Positions 46,716-56,071 of a stretch of 64,000 nt of DNA are shown piece after piece. Every line of letters begins with the position of its first letter. Positions within the stretch are counted from its first letter, which is position 1. Both the position numbers and the translations under genes were made by a program. The notes under the pieces are model-generated. The model worked only from the letters and a program-made list of their open reading frames with translations. It had not been told where the DNA came from and ran no database searches. Origin of the DNA: Pseudomonadota bacterium (GTDB taxonomy: Bacteria > Myxococcota_A > UBA9042 > CAIXZC01); the NCBI GenBank assembly GCA_043815665.1, contig JBDRIT010000099.1, forward strand, positions 15,987 to 79,986. The letters run 5' to 3'.

Positions 46716-47990
46716 TCAGCGGAGAGCGGGGTTGAAGTACCCATGACGTAGATCAGGAAAGCGCTCCCGGATGCGCTGGATCATCGCAAGCAGTCCCAGG
46801 GACGCGTGGTCGCCACCGGAGCTGTATCCCACGGTGTCCATGTAGAGGGTCGGATCGATGTTGAGGTTGCGCCACTGGATCATGTCCACGTGGTGTTCCG
46901 CGATCCAGGCCTCCAATGCCTCCACCTCCTCCTCCCGGTCGGTGACCCCGGGGAAGACCAGGAGGTTGAGGCTGATGAAGCCCCCCGCAGCCTTGGCCCG
47001 ACGCGCGCTCTCCTCGACGTCCTCGAAAGCATAGCTGGCGGGTCGGTGATAGGCCTCGTAGGCCCCCTTGCGGGCTGAATTCAGGCTGATGCGAATGCTG
47101 TCCAGACCCGCGTCGAACAAGGCGGCGACCGCGTCGGGCCGGCTGGCGTTTGTGTTGAGGTTCATGGTCCCCGTCCCGCCACCTTCCCGGATCAGGCGTA
47201 CGGCCTCCTCGAGCACCGGGGCCCGCGTCAGCGGCTCCCCCTCACAGCCCTGTCCGAAGCTGGCCACGGGATGCTTCACCCGACCAAAATGGGTCAGCGC
47301 GACCTCGGCGATGTCCTGCGGGGGGGGCGGATCGGTGAGACGCTCCTGGGTGACCGGGATCTCCCCCTCCTGCTCGGAGATGCAGCCCACACACCGGGCG
47401 TTGCAACTCCTGGAGGTCGGCAGAGGGGCCTCCCAGCGATGCAGGAAGTAGTTCTGAGCGGCCCTGCACTCGTACTCCAGCGCGCAGCGCTCAAGTTGAC
47501 GCAGGAGAACATTCTTCGGGCGCTCGGCCCGTTCTTCCTGCACGCGCCGGCGGATCATCTTGAGATCAAAGAGGACGGGATCCTGGCGACGCTCCGGGTC
47601 GATCCGCGTGCCCGTCGTCCAGAAGCGGCCATCCATCCATCCCAGCGGTGCATAGGCAAAGAGGGGCAGCGCGGGTGCGCCCTCCCCTGACTCGAAGGCC
47701 GGATGGCAGAGGCGGAGCCAGGCCGGCGCCAGAAAAGCACTCACCGCCTGCACCGGCCCCGTGTCCGGTTCGCCGCTGTAGGCGAGGAGATTGTTCTTCC
47801 GGCCTGCGAAGCCCATGGGGATCCGCCCCGGCAGGAGGAAGACATCGGAGCCCTCGGGGAGGGGGATCAGCTCCTCCTCCAGGGGAGGGCGGATCGCCAC
47901 GCCGTCCCAGACCGCCATGGAGAGCCGGGGGTGGTCGAAGACCTCCCCGCTGCCCGTGGCCGCGACCATGCTTGGGATCCGTGCAGGCAT
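46716..47990 (-). CDS. Radical SAM protein
   Basis: CNARCVGC (CxxxCxxC), SFGQGCEGEP, NLNTNAS, DSIRISLNS. Confidence 0.88.
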   Translation of the reverse strand: MPARIPSMVAATGSGEVFDHPRLSMAVWDGVAIRPPLEEELIPLPEGSDVFLLPGRIPMGFAGRKNNLLAYSGEPDTGPVQAVSAFLAPAWLRLCHPAFESGEGAPALPLFAYAPLGWMDGRFWTTGTRIDPERRQDPVLFDLKMIRRRVQEERAERPKNVLLRQLERCALEYECRAAQNYFLHRWEAPLPTSRSCNARCVGCISEQEGEIPVTQERLTDPPPPQDIAEVALTHFGRVKHPVASFGQGCEGEPLTRAPVLEEAVRLIREGGGTGTMNLNTNASRPDAVAALFDAGLDSIRISLNSARKGAYEAYHRPASYAFEDVEESARRAKAAGGFISLNLLVFPGVTDREEEVEALEAWIAEHHVDMIQWRNLNIDPTLYMDTVGYSSGGDHASLGLLAMIQRIRERFPDLRHGYFNPALR

Positions 47991-48114
47991 CTCCCCGCTC
48001 CTCTGCGCACGTTCCGCACCAGTATTGCATCCCAAAAGATCACGCACAAGCCCGGGACGCCGACGCTCGAGTTCCGGTTCTACCCTCTTCTGACAGCCAT
48101 ATACCATTTTCCTC

Positions 48115-48142
48115 TTGAACTCCTGCTCCAACCCCATATAAT
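48115..48142 (+). promoter_or_regulatory. Putative sigma70 promoter of the tRNA
   Basis: TTGAAC-N16-TATAAT followed by a GC-rich discriminator. Confidence 0.55.
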
Positions 48143-48157
48143 CCCGCGCCGTACGCT

Positions 48158-48230
48158 GGGCCTATAGCTCAGTTGGTAGAGCCGCCGGCTCATAACCGGC
48201 TGGTCCCAGGTTCGATTCCTGGTGGGCCCA
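48158..48230 (+). tRNA. tRNA with CAT anticodon, most likely tRNA-Ile2 (lysidine); CCA not encoded
   Basis: Cloverleaf GGGCCTA..TGGGCCC-A; anticodon arm GCCGG-CTCATAA-CCGGC; TTCGA T-loop; C4:G69/C5:G68 typical of Ile2 rather than Met. Confidence 0.9.
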
Positions 48231-48307
48231 CTGGTTGGTGGAATTTGACAGACAGGTGATGCCTTGCACGAACATTCGCACGTGCCTGACAACATCAGCG
48301 TGATACG

Positions 48308-48337
48308 AAAGGGGCGCCCCGCGGGCGCCCCTTTTTT
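48308..48337 (+). terminator. Rho-independent terminator
   Basis: AAAGGGGCGCCC-cgc-GGGCGCCCCTTTTTT. Confidence 0.8.
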
Positions 48338-48367
48338 CGTCGGTGAACCGCTGTTCTCAAGGGGGCG

Positions 48368-49129
48368 ATGTTGAAAGAGGTAATGGATACAATGATCCGA
48401 CTCCAGCAGATCGACAACGAGCTGCACCGCTACCAGGTGCAGCGCGATGAGTTGGCTGGCAAGCTGGGCCAGCTCCAGGAGCTGGTGGCTCGGATGGAGA
48501 ATAGCCTCGACGAGAAGCGCGGCAAGCTCGGCGAGGTCGAGGCCTGGTACAAAGACCAGGTCGAGGCGATCCGCAAGGACTCCGAGCGCATCTCCAAGCT
48601 CAAGGGCAGCCTGGGTGCGGTGACCAAGACCAAGGAATACCTTCTCCGTCAGCGGGAGATCGAGACCCTTCGCAAGGCCAAGCAGGCCAAGGAGGACGAG
48701 CTCGGGAAGGCCGAAGAGGCCATCGAGGACTTCCGCCAGACGATCCAGGAGGAGGAGAAGCGCCAGGACGCCCTCCGCGGGGAGACCGAGGAGGAGGGCG
48801 GCGAGGGCTGGAAGCAGGTCAAGGCCATCGAAGCCCTCCTCTCAGAGATCCACGAACGCCGTGAGGCGGTCATCCCCGAGCTGCCGAAGCAGATCTACAA
48901 CAAGTACAAGCGGATCTCGAAGCGCCGCGAAGGGCTCGCCGTGGTGCCGGTGCTCGACGGCTCCTGCAGCGGCTGCCAGCGGCACATCCGCCCCCAGCAG
49001 TACAACATCCTCCTGCGGGCGGAGACCCTCGAGCACTGCCCGTCCTGCACCCGCGTGGTGTACATCCCCCCGGACCTCGCCGAGGCCGAGCTGAACGGCG
49101 AGACCGAGGAGGTCGAGGCCGAGGCCTGA
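48368..49129 (+). CDS. Coiled-coil protein with C4 zinc ribbon (DUF164/zf-RING_7 family)
   Basis: LQQID..coiled coil..G.AVV.V..GSCSGC...HCPSCTRVVY. Confidence 0.85.
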   Translation: MLKEVMDTMIRLQQIDNELHRYQVQRDELAGKLGQLQELVARMENSLDEKRGKLGEVEAWYKDQVEAIRKDSERISKLKGSLGAVTKTKEYLLRQREIETLRKAKQAKEDELGKAEEAIEDFRQTIQEEEKRQDALRGETEEEGGEGWKQVKAIEALLSEIHERREAVIPELPKQIYNKYKRISKRREGLAVVPVLDGSCSGCQRHIRPQQYNILLRAETLEHCPSCTRVVYIPPDLAEAELNGETEEVEAEA

Positions 49130-49131
49130 TT

Positions 49132-52100
49132 TTAGTCATCCAGGCATTTCGTAGGAATCACGCACTCACGGGCGGAGGGATGGCCCTCGGCGTCCAGGCC
49201 CCCCAGGACGAGGCCCGTACGGGCCTTGGTGTCCCAGATCGTGAGGAGCGCCTCACCGGCGGTGCACTCCGCCGGCGGCGCGTCGAGAGGAATGACCTGG
49301 GCGGGATCGTCCCCGTCCAGGATCAGGACTGCGGCCCGGGCCCCATCGGCGATCAGGAGACGATCCGCCTGGGGGTCGAAGGCCGCAGGGAGCCAGGGGG
49401 AGGCCGTCCACGGCAACGATCCCAGGAGCTTCACGGTCCCCAGGTTCGTACGGATCAGGTTGACGGCCCCACCGCTGCCCTGCCCACCCGCGACGATCAG
49501 ATCGCCATCAGCGCGCACGAAGAGGTGGTGGCCATACCGGGCCGCGGGGGGCGCGGCGAGGGGGACCAGGGACCAGGCGCCGGTCTCCAGCTCCAACCGC
49601 CAGAGATCGTTCGCCATCCCCGTAGCGGTCAGGCCCCCGAACACCCAGAGGGTCGCATCGGACAATCGCACAGCGGCGGCGTGTCCCGCGCGCTGGAGGG
49701 GCGCCTGGGGGGCAAGAGGTCCGCAGCCCCCCAGGTCCTCCCAGACGCCGCTGGCCCGGTGGAAGGCGTGGAAACCACAGATGGGCACCAGGGGAACCGG
49801 CGCGTCCGCCGCATCCGCGGCGACGCCTCCGATCAGCAGGTACCGATCCTGAACTGGATCGTGACTCAGGGAGGAGAACGCGGCAGGAGGTCCTCCCGTC
49901 GGTGCCGCGAGGGTCCACGGGGCGCCGGGGCCCTCGCGGCACCAGACGTCCTCGGTCCACACGGGCCCCTCGGTCCCGGTGGCGACGCCACCGGCGAGAC
50001 AGATCTCCCCATGGAGCACGTCCACAGCCGCGGCAGCACCCACGCGGGCGGACGGACGCGGGCCATCCACGGGAACCCACGCCGGGCCGCCGCCGGTGAG
50101 CGGCGTCATCCACGCGTCCTGCAGGGCCGCGCCGGCCGGGTCGAAGCCACCGGCGAGGAGGAGCCCGTCCCCGATCACCCCCAGGAGTGGCTCGGTCCGC
50201 TGGGGACCACCCTCGCCCAGCAGGGTCCACTGGTGGTGGTCGAGCTCGTAGACCCAGAGATCCCCGTGGACCGTGCCGTCAGGGGTGCGACCGCCATAGA
50301 GCACGACCCCCGTCGGAACTGCGGTGAGTCCGAAGCCATCCCTGGGCAGGGGAGATGGACCATCGGGCTCCATCGGAGCGACCACCGACGCGTCCAGCTC
50401 CACTTCCCACAGGAGGTGGAAAGGCAGATCTGCGGCGAGGCTCCCCAGGACCAGCGCGATCGCGCCGCCGGGGCACTGGACCGCGACGGATCGGGCCGGT
50501 GCGTTGAAGCCGTCGAGGGGCTCTACGGAGGACAGGTCCGGGCTGAGGCGGAGATCCGGCGCCGGGGACTTGCTGGAGGTGAGACCGCCGATGAACCAGA
50601 TCGCACCGGTCCCTGGCTCCACCAGGGCGGAGTGACCGGCGCGATTCGCCACCCCCGGGGGCAGCTCCACCGCTGCGCCGGCGCTCAGGGGATCCGGGAG
50701 CAGCCACGCGCCTTCGGCGGGCCCGGCGCCGCAGCGGCCCCCGACCAGGAGATGCCCGCCGGCGGCCCACGCGTGGACCAGGGTCCCCTCCGACCGCGGC
50801 GCCGCACCGACGTCGCCCTTCGCTGTCCATGCTCCGTCGGGCCCGAGGAGCCAGAGATCGCCGCTGCACGCGCTCTCCCCCGCAGACGGCAGGGTCTCCT
50901 GCTCCAGGCCACCCAGGACCACGAGCCCCCCGGCGCCTGCGCCCACCGAGGCTGCGCCCCGCGTGGGAGGCGGCGTCCCCGGGAAGGCTGCCTCCCACGC
51001 GGGGGAGAGGGTCTTGTCGAGGAACTCGTCCACCTTGCCGTCGCAGTCGTTGTCCAGACCGTCGCAGATCCCTTCCGAGGCCTGGTAGCCCGGGATCCCG
51101 TCGAACTCACAGACCCAGCTCCCCTCTTCGCAGAGCGCGATGGTGGCCAGGGCCCCCCTGCACACACCCTTCGAGGGGCAGACATCCAGGGGTGGAGCCG
51201 GATCCTCGTCGATGGCCCCGTCGCAGTCGTTGTCCACGAGATCGCAGGCCTCGGGGAGGGCCTCGTCGGCCGACCCCCCGGGATCCGTGGAGCAGATCGT
51301 CGCGCCGGTGTCCGAGCGGCACTCCACCTTGCCGTTGCCGCAGGGGCCCACCCCGTTGCAGGGATCGCCGAGCCCCTTGCCGTCGTAGGTCAGCTCCTCG
51401 TCGGTCTCCCCGTCGCAGTCATTGTCCAGGCTGTCGCAGGACTCCGCTTCGAGGATCGACCAGGAGGAGCAAACGGCCTCGCTGCGATCCGCGGAACAGA
51501 TCACCTTTCCGCTCGCACAGGTGCCGGTGCCACACTCCTCGCCGATGCCCTTCGCTGCCCCGTCGAAGTCCTCGATCTCGAAGCCCTCGTCGGTCTCCCC
51601 GTCGCAGTCGTTGTCTTTTGCGTCGCACGAGGCCTCCTCGCCGGGCTCGAAGGGGGCGTCCACCTCGGGAGCCAGCGCGCAGGACCAGTTGCCCGTATCG
51701 CACCGTGCCAGGAGGGCCTCCCAGTGGACTGCGCAGACCCCTGTGTCGGGGCAGGCCAGCTCCGCGGGACCGATGAGGTCCTCGTCGGTCTTGCCGTCGC
51801 AGTCGTTGTCCAGCGCGTCGCATTGCTCAGGCTGGGACTTGTCCTTGGTGCCATAGGGACCCGTGGAGCAGAACGCGGAGAGGCCGTTGTACGCACACTC
51901 CACGACACCGGCGCCGCAGATCCCCGGCGCGACGCAGGACTCCCCCATGTGATGGCCCTGGTAGAGGTAGCCGTCGTCGATGATGCTGTCGCAGTCGTCG
52001 TCCTTGCCGTTGCAGAACTCGGTCACCGCTGGGCTCTCAGAGCCCCCGGGCGCGGTGGAGCAGAGGGGAGCGAGGAGCTCCGGGTGGCACTCCACGGTTC

Positions 52101-52743
52101 CGGGGCCGCAGATCCCCGCAGCGAGGCAGCCCTCCCCGAGGGGATATCCTTCCCAAGCCAGGCCCTCGTCGGTCTCTCCGTCGCAGTCCTCGTCCTGCTG
52201 ATCGCAGTCCTCCTCCTGCCTCGGCACGGGCGTCCCGTCAGGCCAGGCGCACACGGCGTCCCCGTCCACACAGACCAGGGTGAGGTCGTCCCATAGCGCA
52301 GCGCAGCGGCCTTGGGTCGGACAGAGCAGCAACCGGGCGAAGCTCTGATCCGCCGGGTCCGCAGCGGCATCGTTGGGGTCGAGATGATCGGGGATGCAGT
52401 CCCCGTCCGCGTCGTCCAGTGCGCTCTCCAGAACATCGGGGATGCCGTCCCCGTCCGTGTCCTTCGGGGTCACATCGGCGCCCCACTCCTCGCCATCCCC
52501 GTACCCGTCACCGTCGGTGTCGAAGTTCAGCGGAGAGGAGCCCACCGCCACCTCCCAGCCCGTGGGGATCCCGTCCCAGTCCGGATCCCCGTCCTCGTCG
52601 CGGCACTCACCGAGCGCACAGACCGTGCCCTTGAGGCAATCCCCCTGCGTAATGCAGGACCCGGGCGCGTCCGTCCCGGTCGGCTCCGCGCACGCGGCGA
52701 ACCCGAGGGTCATGAGAATGGAGAGTAGATGGCGTCGTGACAT
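49132..52743 (-). CDS. Large lipoprotein: TSP3-like Ca-binding motifs, seven MopE-like repeats and a Kelch-type beta-propeller
   Basis: LGFAAC lipobox; DTDGDG motifs; seven C(D/N)xxD(N/E/D)DCD repeats; C-terminal GG..W Kelch blades. Confidence 0.75.
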   Translation of the reverse strand: MSRRHLLSILMTLGFAACAEPTGTDAPGSCITQGDCLKGTVCALGECRDEDGDPDWDGIPTGWEVAVGSSPLNFDTDGDGYGDGEEWGADVTPKDTDGDGIPDVLESALDDADGDCIPDHLDPNDAAADPADQSFARLLLCPTQGRCAALWDDLTLVCVDGDAVCAWPDGTPVPRQEEDCDQQDEDCDGETDEGLAWEGYPLGEGCLAAGICGPGTVECHPELLAPLCSTAPGGSESPAVTEFCNGKDDDCDSIIDDGYLYQGHHMGESCVAPGICGAGVVECAYNGLSAFCSTGPYGTKDKSQPEQCDALDNDCDGKTDEDLIGPAELACPDTGVCAVHWEALLARCDTGNWSCALAPEVDAPFEPGEEASCDAKDNDCDGETDEGFEIEDFDGAAKGIGEECGTGTCASGKVICSADRSEAVCSSWSILEAESCDSLDNDCDGETDEELTYDGKGLGDPCNGVGPCGNGKVECRSDTGATICSTDPGGSADEALPEACDLVDNDCDGAIDEDPAPPLDVCPSKGVCRGALATIALCEEGSWVCEFDGIPGYQASEGICDGLDNDCDGKVDEFLDKTLSPAWEAAFPGTPPPTRGAASVGAGAGGLVVLGGLEQETLPSAGESACSGDLWLLGPDGAWTAKGDVGAAPRSEGTLVHAWAAGGHLLVGGRCGAGPAEGAWLLPDPLSAGAAVELPPGVANRAGHSALVEPGTGAIWFIGGLTSSKSPAPDLRLSPDLSSVEPLDGFNAPARSVAVQCPGGAIALVLGSLAADLPFHLLWEVELDASVVAPMEPDGPSPLPRDGFGLTAVPTGVVLYGGRTPDGTVHGDLWVYELDHHQWTLLGEGGPQRTEPLLGVIGDGLLLAGGFDPAGAALQDAWMTPLTGGGPAWVPVDGPRPSARVGAAAAVDVLHGEICLAGGVATGTEGPVWTEDVWCREGPGAPWTLAAPTGGPPAAFSSLSHDPVQDRYLLIGGVAADAADAPVPLVPICGFHAFHRASGVWEDLGGCGPLAPQAPLQRAGHAAAVRLSDATLWVFGGLTATGMANDLWRLELETGAWSLVPLAAPPAARYGHHLFVRADGDLIVAGGQGSGGAVNLIRTNLGTVKLLGSLPWTASPWLPAAFDPQADRLLIADGARAAVLILDGDDPAQVIPLDAPPAECTAGEALLTIWDTKARTGLVLGGLDAEGHPSARECVIPTKCLDD

Positions 52744-52775
52744 CGGGGGTATTCTGCCAGGAGAGGCGTCCGTTT

Positions 52776-54086
52776 TCAACGGACGGACCGTGGGCTGCTT
52801 CGGAGGGGCGACTCGATCAGCAGCTGCACGACACGTTTCTTCCCGGCCCTGAGGAGAATCCCGGAGCCGAGCTCTGCGGGGACGACGGTGGCGGTCTCGT
52901 CCCGGATCGCATCGTCCCCGATCCGCGCGCCCCCCTGGCGCATCAGGCGCCGGGCCTCACCCTTGCTCTCGCAGAGGCCCGCCCGGACGAAGAGATCGAT
53001 GAGGGAGATCGGGGTCGCTGCCTCGGCCGCGGGCAGGATGACCTCCGGCCAGGAGACCACCGCAGTGGCGGCCTTCAGGGCGACGATGTCCGACGACGTC
53101 TCCACGATCCGTCCGGGATCCGCCTCGCCATACTCCCCGGACGCCGCAGCGAAGGCCATGGCCGCGACGGCCGCGCCGTGGGTGAGCTTCGTTACCTCGT
53201 AGGCGAGAATCTCCTTGGCCCGGTTGAGGAGCGGGGGCTGCAGGGCCCCGAGTCGCTCGCCCTCGACCGGAGGGAGATCGGTGAAGAGCTTGAGGAACCG
53301 CGCCACGTCTTCGTCCTCGGTGTTCCGCCAGAACTGGTAGTAGTCAAAGGGCTTCGTGTGCTCCGCGTCGAGCCAGATCGCGCCGGCCACGGACTTGCCG
53401 AACTTCTCCCCCGACGCGTTGGTCAGGAGGGGCAGGGTGAGGCCGCAGGCCTCCGCCTGCCGGACGCGCCGGATCAGATCCGTCCCGGCGACGATGTTCC
53501 CCCACTGGTCCTGGCCCCCGACCTGAAGGACGCAGCCCTCCTCTTCGTTCAGGACCAGGAAGTCGTACGCCTGGAGGAGCATGTAGTTGAACTCCAGGAA
53601 CGAGAGCCCGGTCTCCAGGCGGATCCTGTAGGACTCCGCGGAGAGCATCCGGTTCACGCTGAAGTGCCGACCGATGTCCCGCAGGAAGGGGATGTACTGC
53701 AGCTTCGTCAGCCAGTCCGCGTTGTTCCGCATCAGGCCGTGCACACCGTCGAGGGTCAGAAAACGGGAGAGTTGGGCTTCGAGGCCCCGCGCGTTGGCCT
53801 CGATCTCCTCGGGGGTCATCAGACGGCGGGTCTCGGTCTTCCCGCTGGGGTCCCCCACCATCGCGGTGCCCCCTCCCACCAGCCCGATGGGTCGATGGCC
53901 CCAGCGCTGGAGGATCCGCATGGCGAGGATCGGCACCAGGCTGCCCACGTGGAGGGTGACAGCGGTGGGGTCGAACCCCACGTAGAAGGTCTGGGGCCCC
54001 TCGCTCAGGAGCTCCCGCACGCGGACCTCGTCCGTGACCTGGTAGAGGAAGCCTCGCGCTTCCAGCTCGGCGTACGCGTCGTTCAT
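52776..54086 (-). CDS. tyrS: Tyrosine--tRNA ligase
   Basis: YVGFDPTA..LHVG, LLQAYDF, GGQDQWGNI, KFGKS, S4 domain. Confidence 0.97.
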   Translation of the reverse strand: MNDAYAELEARGFLYQVTDEVRVRELLSEGPQTFYVGFDPTAVTLHVGSLVPILAMRILQRWGHRPIGLVGGGTAMVGDPSGKTETRRLMTPEEIEANARGLEAQLSRFLTLDGVHGLMRNNADWLTKLQYIPFLRDIGRHFSVNRMLSAESYRIRLETGLSFLEFNYMLLQAYDFLVLNEEEGCVLQVGGQDQWGNIVAGTDLIRRVRQAEACGLTLPLLTNASGEKFGKSVAGAIWLDAEHTKPFDYYQFWRNTEDEDVARFLKLFTDLPPVEGERLGALQPPLLNRAKEILAYEVTKLTHGAAVAAMAFAAASGEYGEADPGRIVETSSDIVALKAATAVVSWPEVILPAAEAATPISLIDLFVRAGLCESKGEARRLMRQGGARIGDDAIRDETATVVPAELGSGILLRAGKKRVVQLLIESPLRSSPRSVR

Positions 54087-54128
54087 CGTGTCTCTCTCTT
54101 CCGGTGATCCCCGGGACGGCGTGCCCCG

Positions 54129-55085
54129 TCAGTCGTCGTCGTCCGCGTCCAGGTCCGTGTCCAGCTCCTCGAGATCCGCGTCCAGCTCCACCCTGAGATC
54201 CCGGGTGACATCGAGATCCTCGCCTTCGAGCTTCGAGCTGAAGAGCTGGTCGGTGTCCGGGCCGCCCCGCTCGAGCTCGCTGGTGATCTCACGATCCAGC
54301 GCAGCGATGCCCTCATCGCCCCCCGCGACAAAACGGACGGCCACGACGGTGACGTTGTCCTTTCCCCCGGCGTCGTTGGCCATATTGATCAGGCGGGAAC
54401 AGACCCGGGTCAGGTTCTGCTCCTCGATGAGCACCCGACGGATCGCCTCATCGTCGATCTCGCCGTTGAGCCCGTCGGAGCAGAGGAGGATCACGTCCCC
54501 AGGCAGGGGCCGGGTCTTCCGCACATCCACCTCGACCGTGTCCTTCATCCCCAGGGCACGGACGATGATGTTCTTGTACGGGAACCGCTCCTCGTCCTCC
54601 TGGGACATGCGGATGTTCTTCTTGAAGTCGTTGAGCAGAGAGTGGTCCTCGGTGAGCTGCTCGAGGGTGCCGCCCCGCAGCCGGTATGCGCGGCTGTCGC
54701 CCACGTGACCGATGTAGAGGTCCCCATCGCCGTAGCAGGCGCCCACCAACGTGGTCCCCATGCCCTTGTACTGCCGCCCGGACTGGGAGGTCTCGAAGAC
54801 CCGGAGGTTGGCCAGCTTGATCCCGACGATGAGGCGGCTCGCGTGGTAACCAAACTCGCCCTCGGTGCGAAAGGGCCAGGTGATCTCGGCGTCTTCGCCC
54901 GAGTCGACGTAGAAATCCTTCATCGTGTCGACGGCCAGCTTGGATGCGACCTCTCCGGAGAGATGACCGCCCATGCCGTCTGCGACGACAAAGAGATCCT
55001 CCTCGGGGAGGAGGAGGAGCGCGTCCTGGTTCGTGTCGCGCTTCTGCCCTACATGCGTGTCGCCTGCGAACTCGATCCGTAACAT
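54129..55085 (-). CDS. PP2C-family Ser/Thr phosphatase (Stp1/PrpC-like)
   Basis: NQD, VADGMGGH, MGTT, HVGDSRAY, LCSDGL, GGKDNVT. Confidence 0.93.
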   Translation of the reverse strand: MLRIEFAGDTHVGQKRDTNQDALLLLPEEDLFVVADGMGGHLSGEVASKLAVDTMKDFYVDSGEDAEITWPFRTEGEFGYHASRLIVGIKLANLRVFETSQSGRQYKGMGTTLVGACYGDGDLYIGHVGDSRAYRLRGGTLEQLTEDHSLLNDFKKNIRMSQEDEERFPYKNIIVRALGMKDTVEVDVRKTRPLPGDVILLCSDGLNGEIDDEAIRRVLIEEQNLTRVCSRLINMANDAGGKDNVTVVAVRFVAGGDEGIAALDREITSELERGGPDTDQLFSSKLEGEDLDVTRDLRVELDADLEELDTDLDADDDD

Positions 55086-55165
55086 GTCTACCGCCGCGTC
55101 AAACGCGTCCCAATGATTCGAACAAGATGCATCTTCCCCCGTTGTGCGTCAACGGGAAATCCGCT

Positions 55166-56071
55166 TCAGGGGCCCCCGGTCCGCGCGAGCCAACCGAGCC
55201 AAAAACGCACGAGCTCCGGCCGGTACCCCGCGTCGAGGGCCCGCTGGAATGAGGCTCTGGCCTCGTCCACGAGGCCGTACCGGCTGGCCAGGACGCCGAG
55301 AACATAGTCCGCCGGATAATCCGGCGCCGCGGCGCGCACCTCCTCCATGATGGCGCGCCGGCGCTGCCAGCTCAGGTGGGTCGCGTCCTCCACCTTCCAC
55401 AGACGCACCAGGAGGCGCTCCTCCGGGGACATCACCTCCGCGGCCAGCCCTGCACGCGCGGTCTCGAACCAGTGGGTGGTCCACAGGATGCGGGCCACCT
55501 CGCGCCGGTCCGGATCCAGGGGTCCCACGGGCGACAGGAGCCCCGAGGCCAGGGCCCGCTCGGGGAACTGTCCGCCCAGGGCCCGGACCTCACGGGCCAC
55601 CCCGTGATCCCGATGGCTCGCGAGCCACGTGGCCTTGTGCCCGTCCCCCGCCACCTCAGCCAGCCCGTCGAGGGCCTCCATGAACGGACCCGCCAGGGCC
55701 TCGCCCACGGCCGCGTGGGCCGGAGCCCCGTGGTCAGCGAGGAACCGGGTCGCCACCTGCTGGAAGCGCAGCTCCGCGCTCCGGACCCGGCGCTGCGGGG
55801 AGGGCCCCGTGGAGAACGGGGCTGCGCTCGCGGCCCGCCATGCGTCGATGAGCTCCCGGGCCGCCTCCACGGGGACCTCGACGTCCGCCCGGCGCAATCG
55901 GATCTCCTGCAGGCGAAGGCGCACCTGCGCCCCCGGGCGCCAGGAGTCGAGGCGCCCGTCCAACTCCGGTGGTCCCTGGCCGGTCAGCAGGGCCGCGCCG
56001 GCGAGGACCAGGAGGATCGCGCCGAGGGCAACCGCAGGGCCCGCTGCCTGCACACCGGAGCCTTCGCTCAC
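55166..56071 (-). CDS. Hypothetical membrane-anchored protein with C-terminal TPR-like helix
   Basis: GTG overlaps the upstream stop; N-terminal TM; Y.LGV...R.G...EA...FQRAL. Confidence 0.55.
   Translation of the reverse strand: MSEGSGVQAAGPAVALGAILLVLAGAALLTGQGPPELDGRLDSWRPGAQVRLRLQEIRLRRADVEVPVEAARELIDAWRAASAAPFSTGPSPQRRVRSAELRFQQVATRFLADHGAPAHAAVGEALAGPFMEALDGLAEVAGDGHKATWLASHRDHGVAREVRALGGQFPERALASGLLSPVGPLDPDRREVARILWTTHWFETARAGLAAEVMSPEERLLVRLWKVEDATHLSWQRRRAIMEEVRAAAPDYPADYVLGVLASRYGLVDEARASFQRALDAGYRPELVRFWLGWLARTGGP

Noticed and set aside
48158-48340. tRNAs as prophage or island integration sites
   Set aside because: No integrase and no duplicated tRNA 3' end seen near either tRNA
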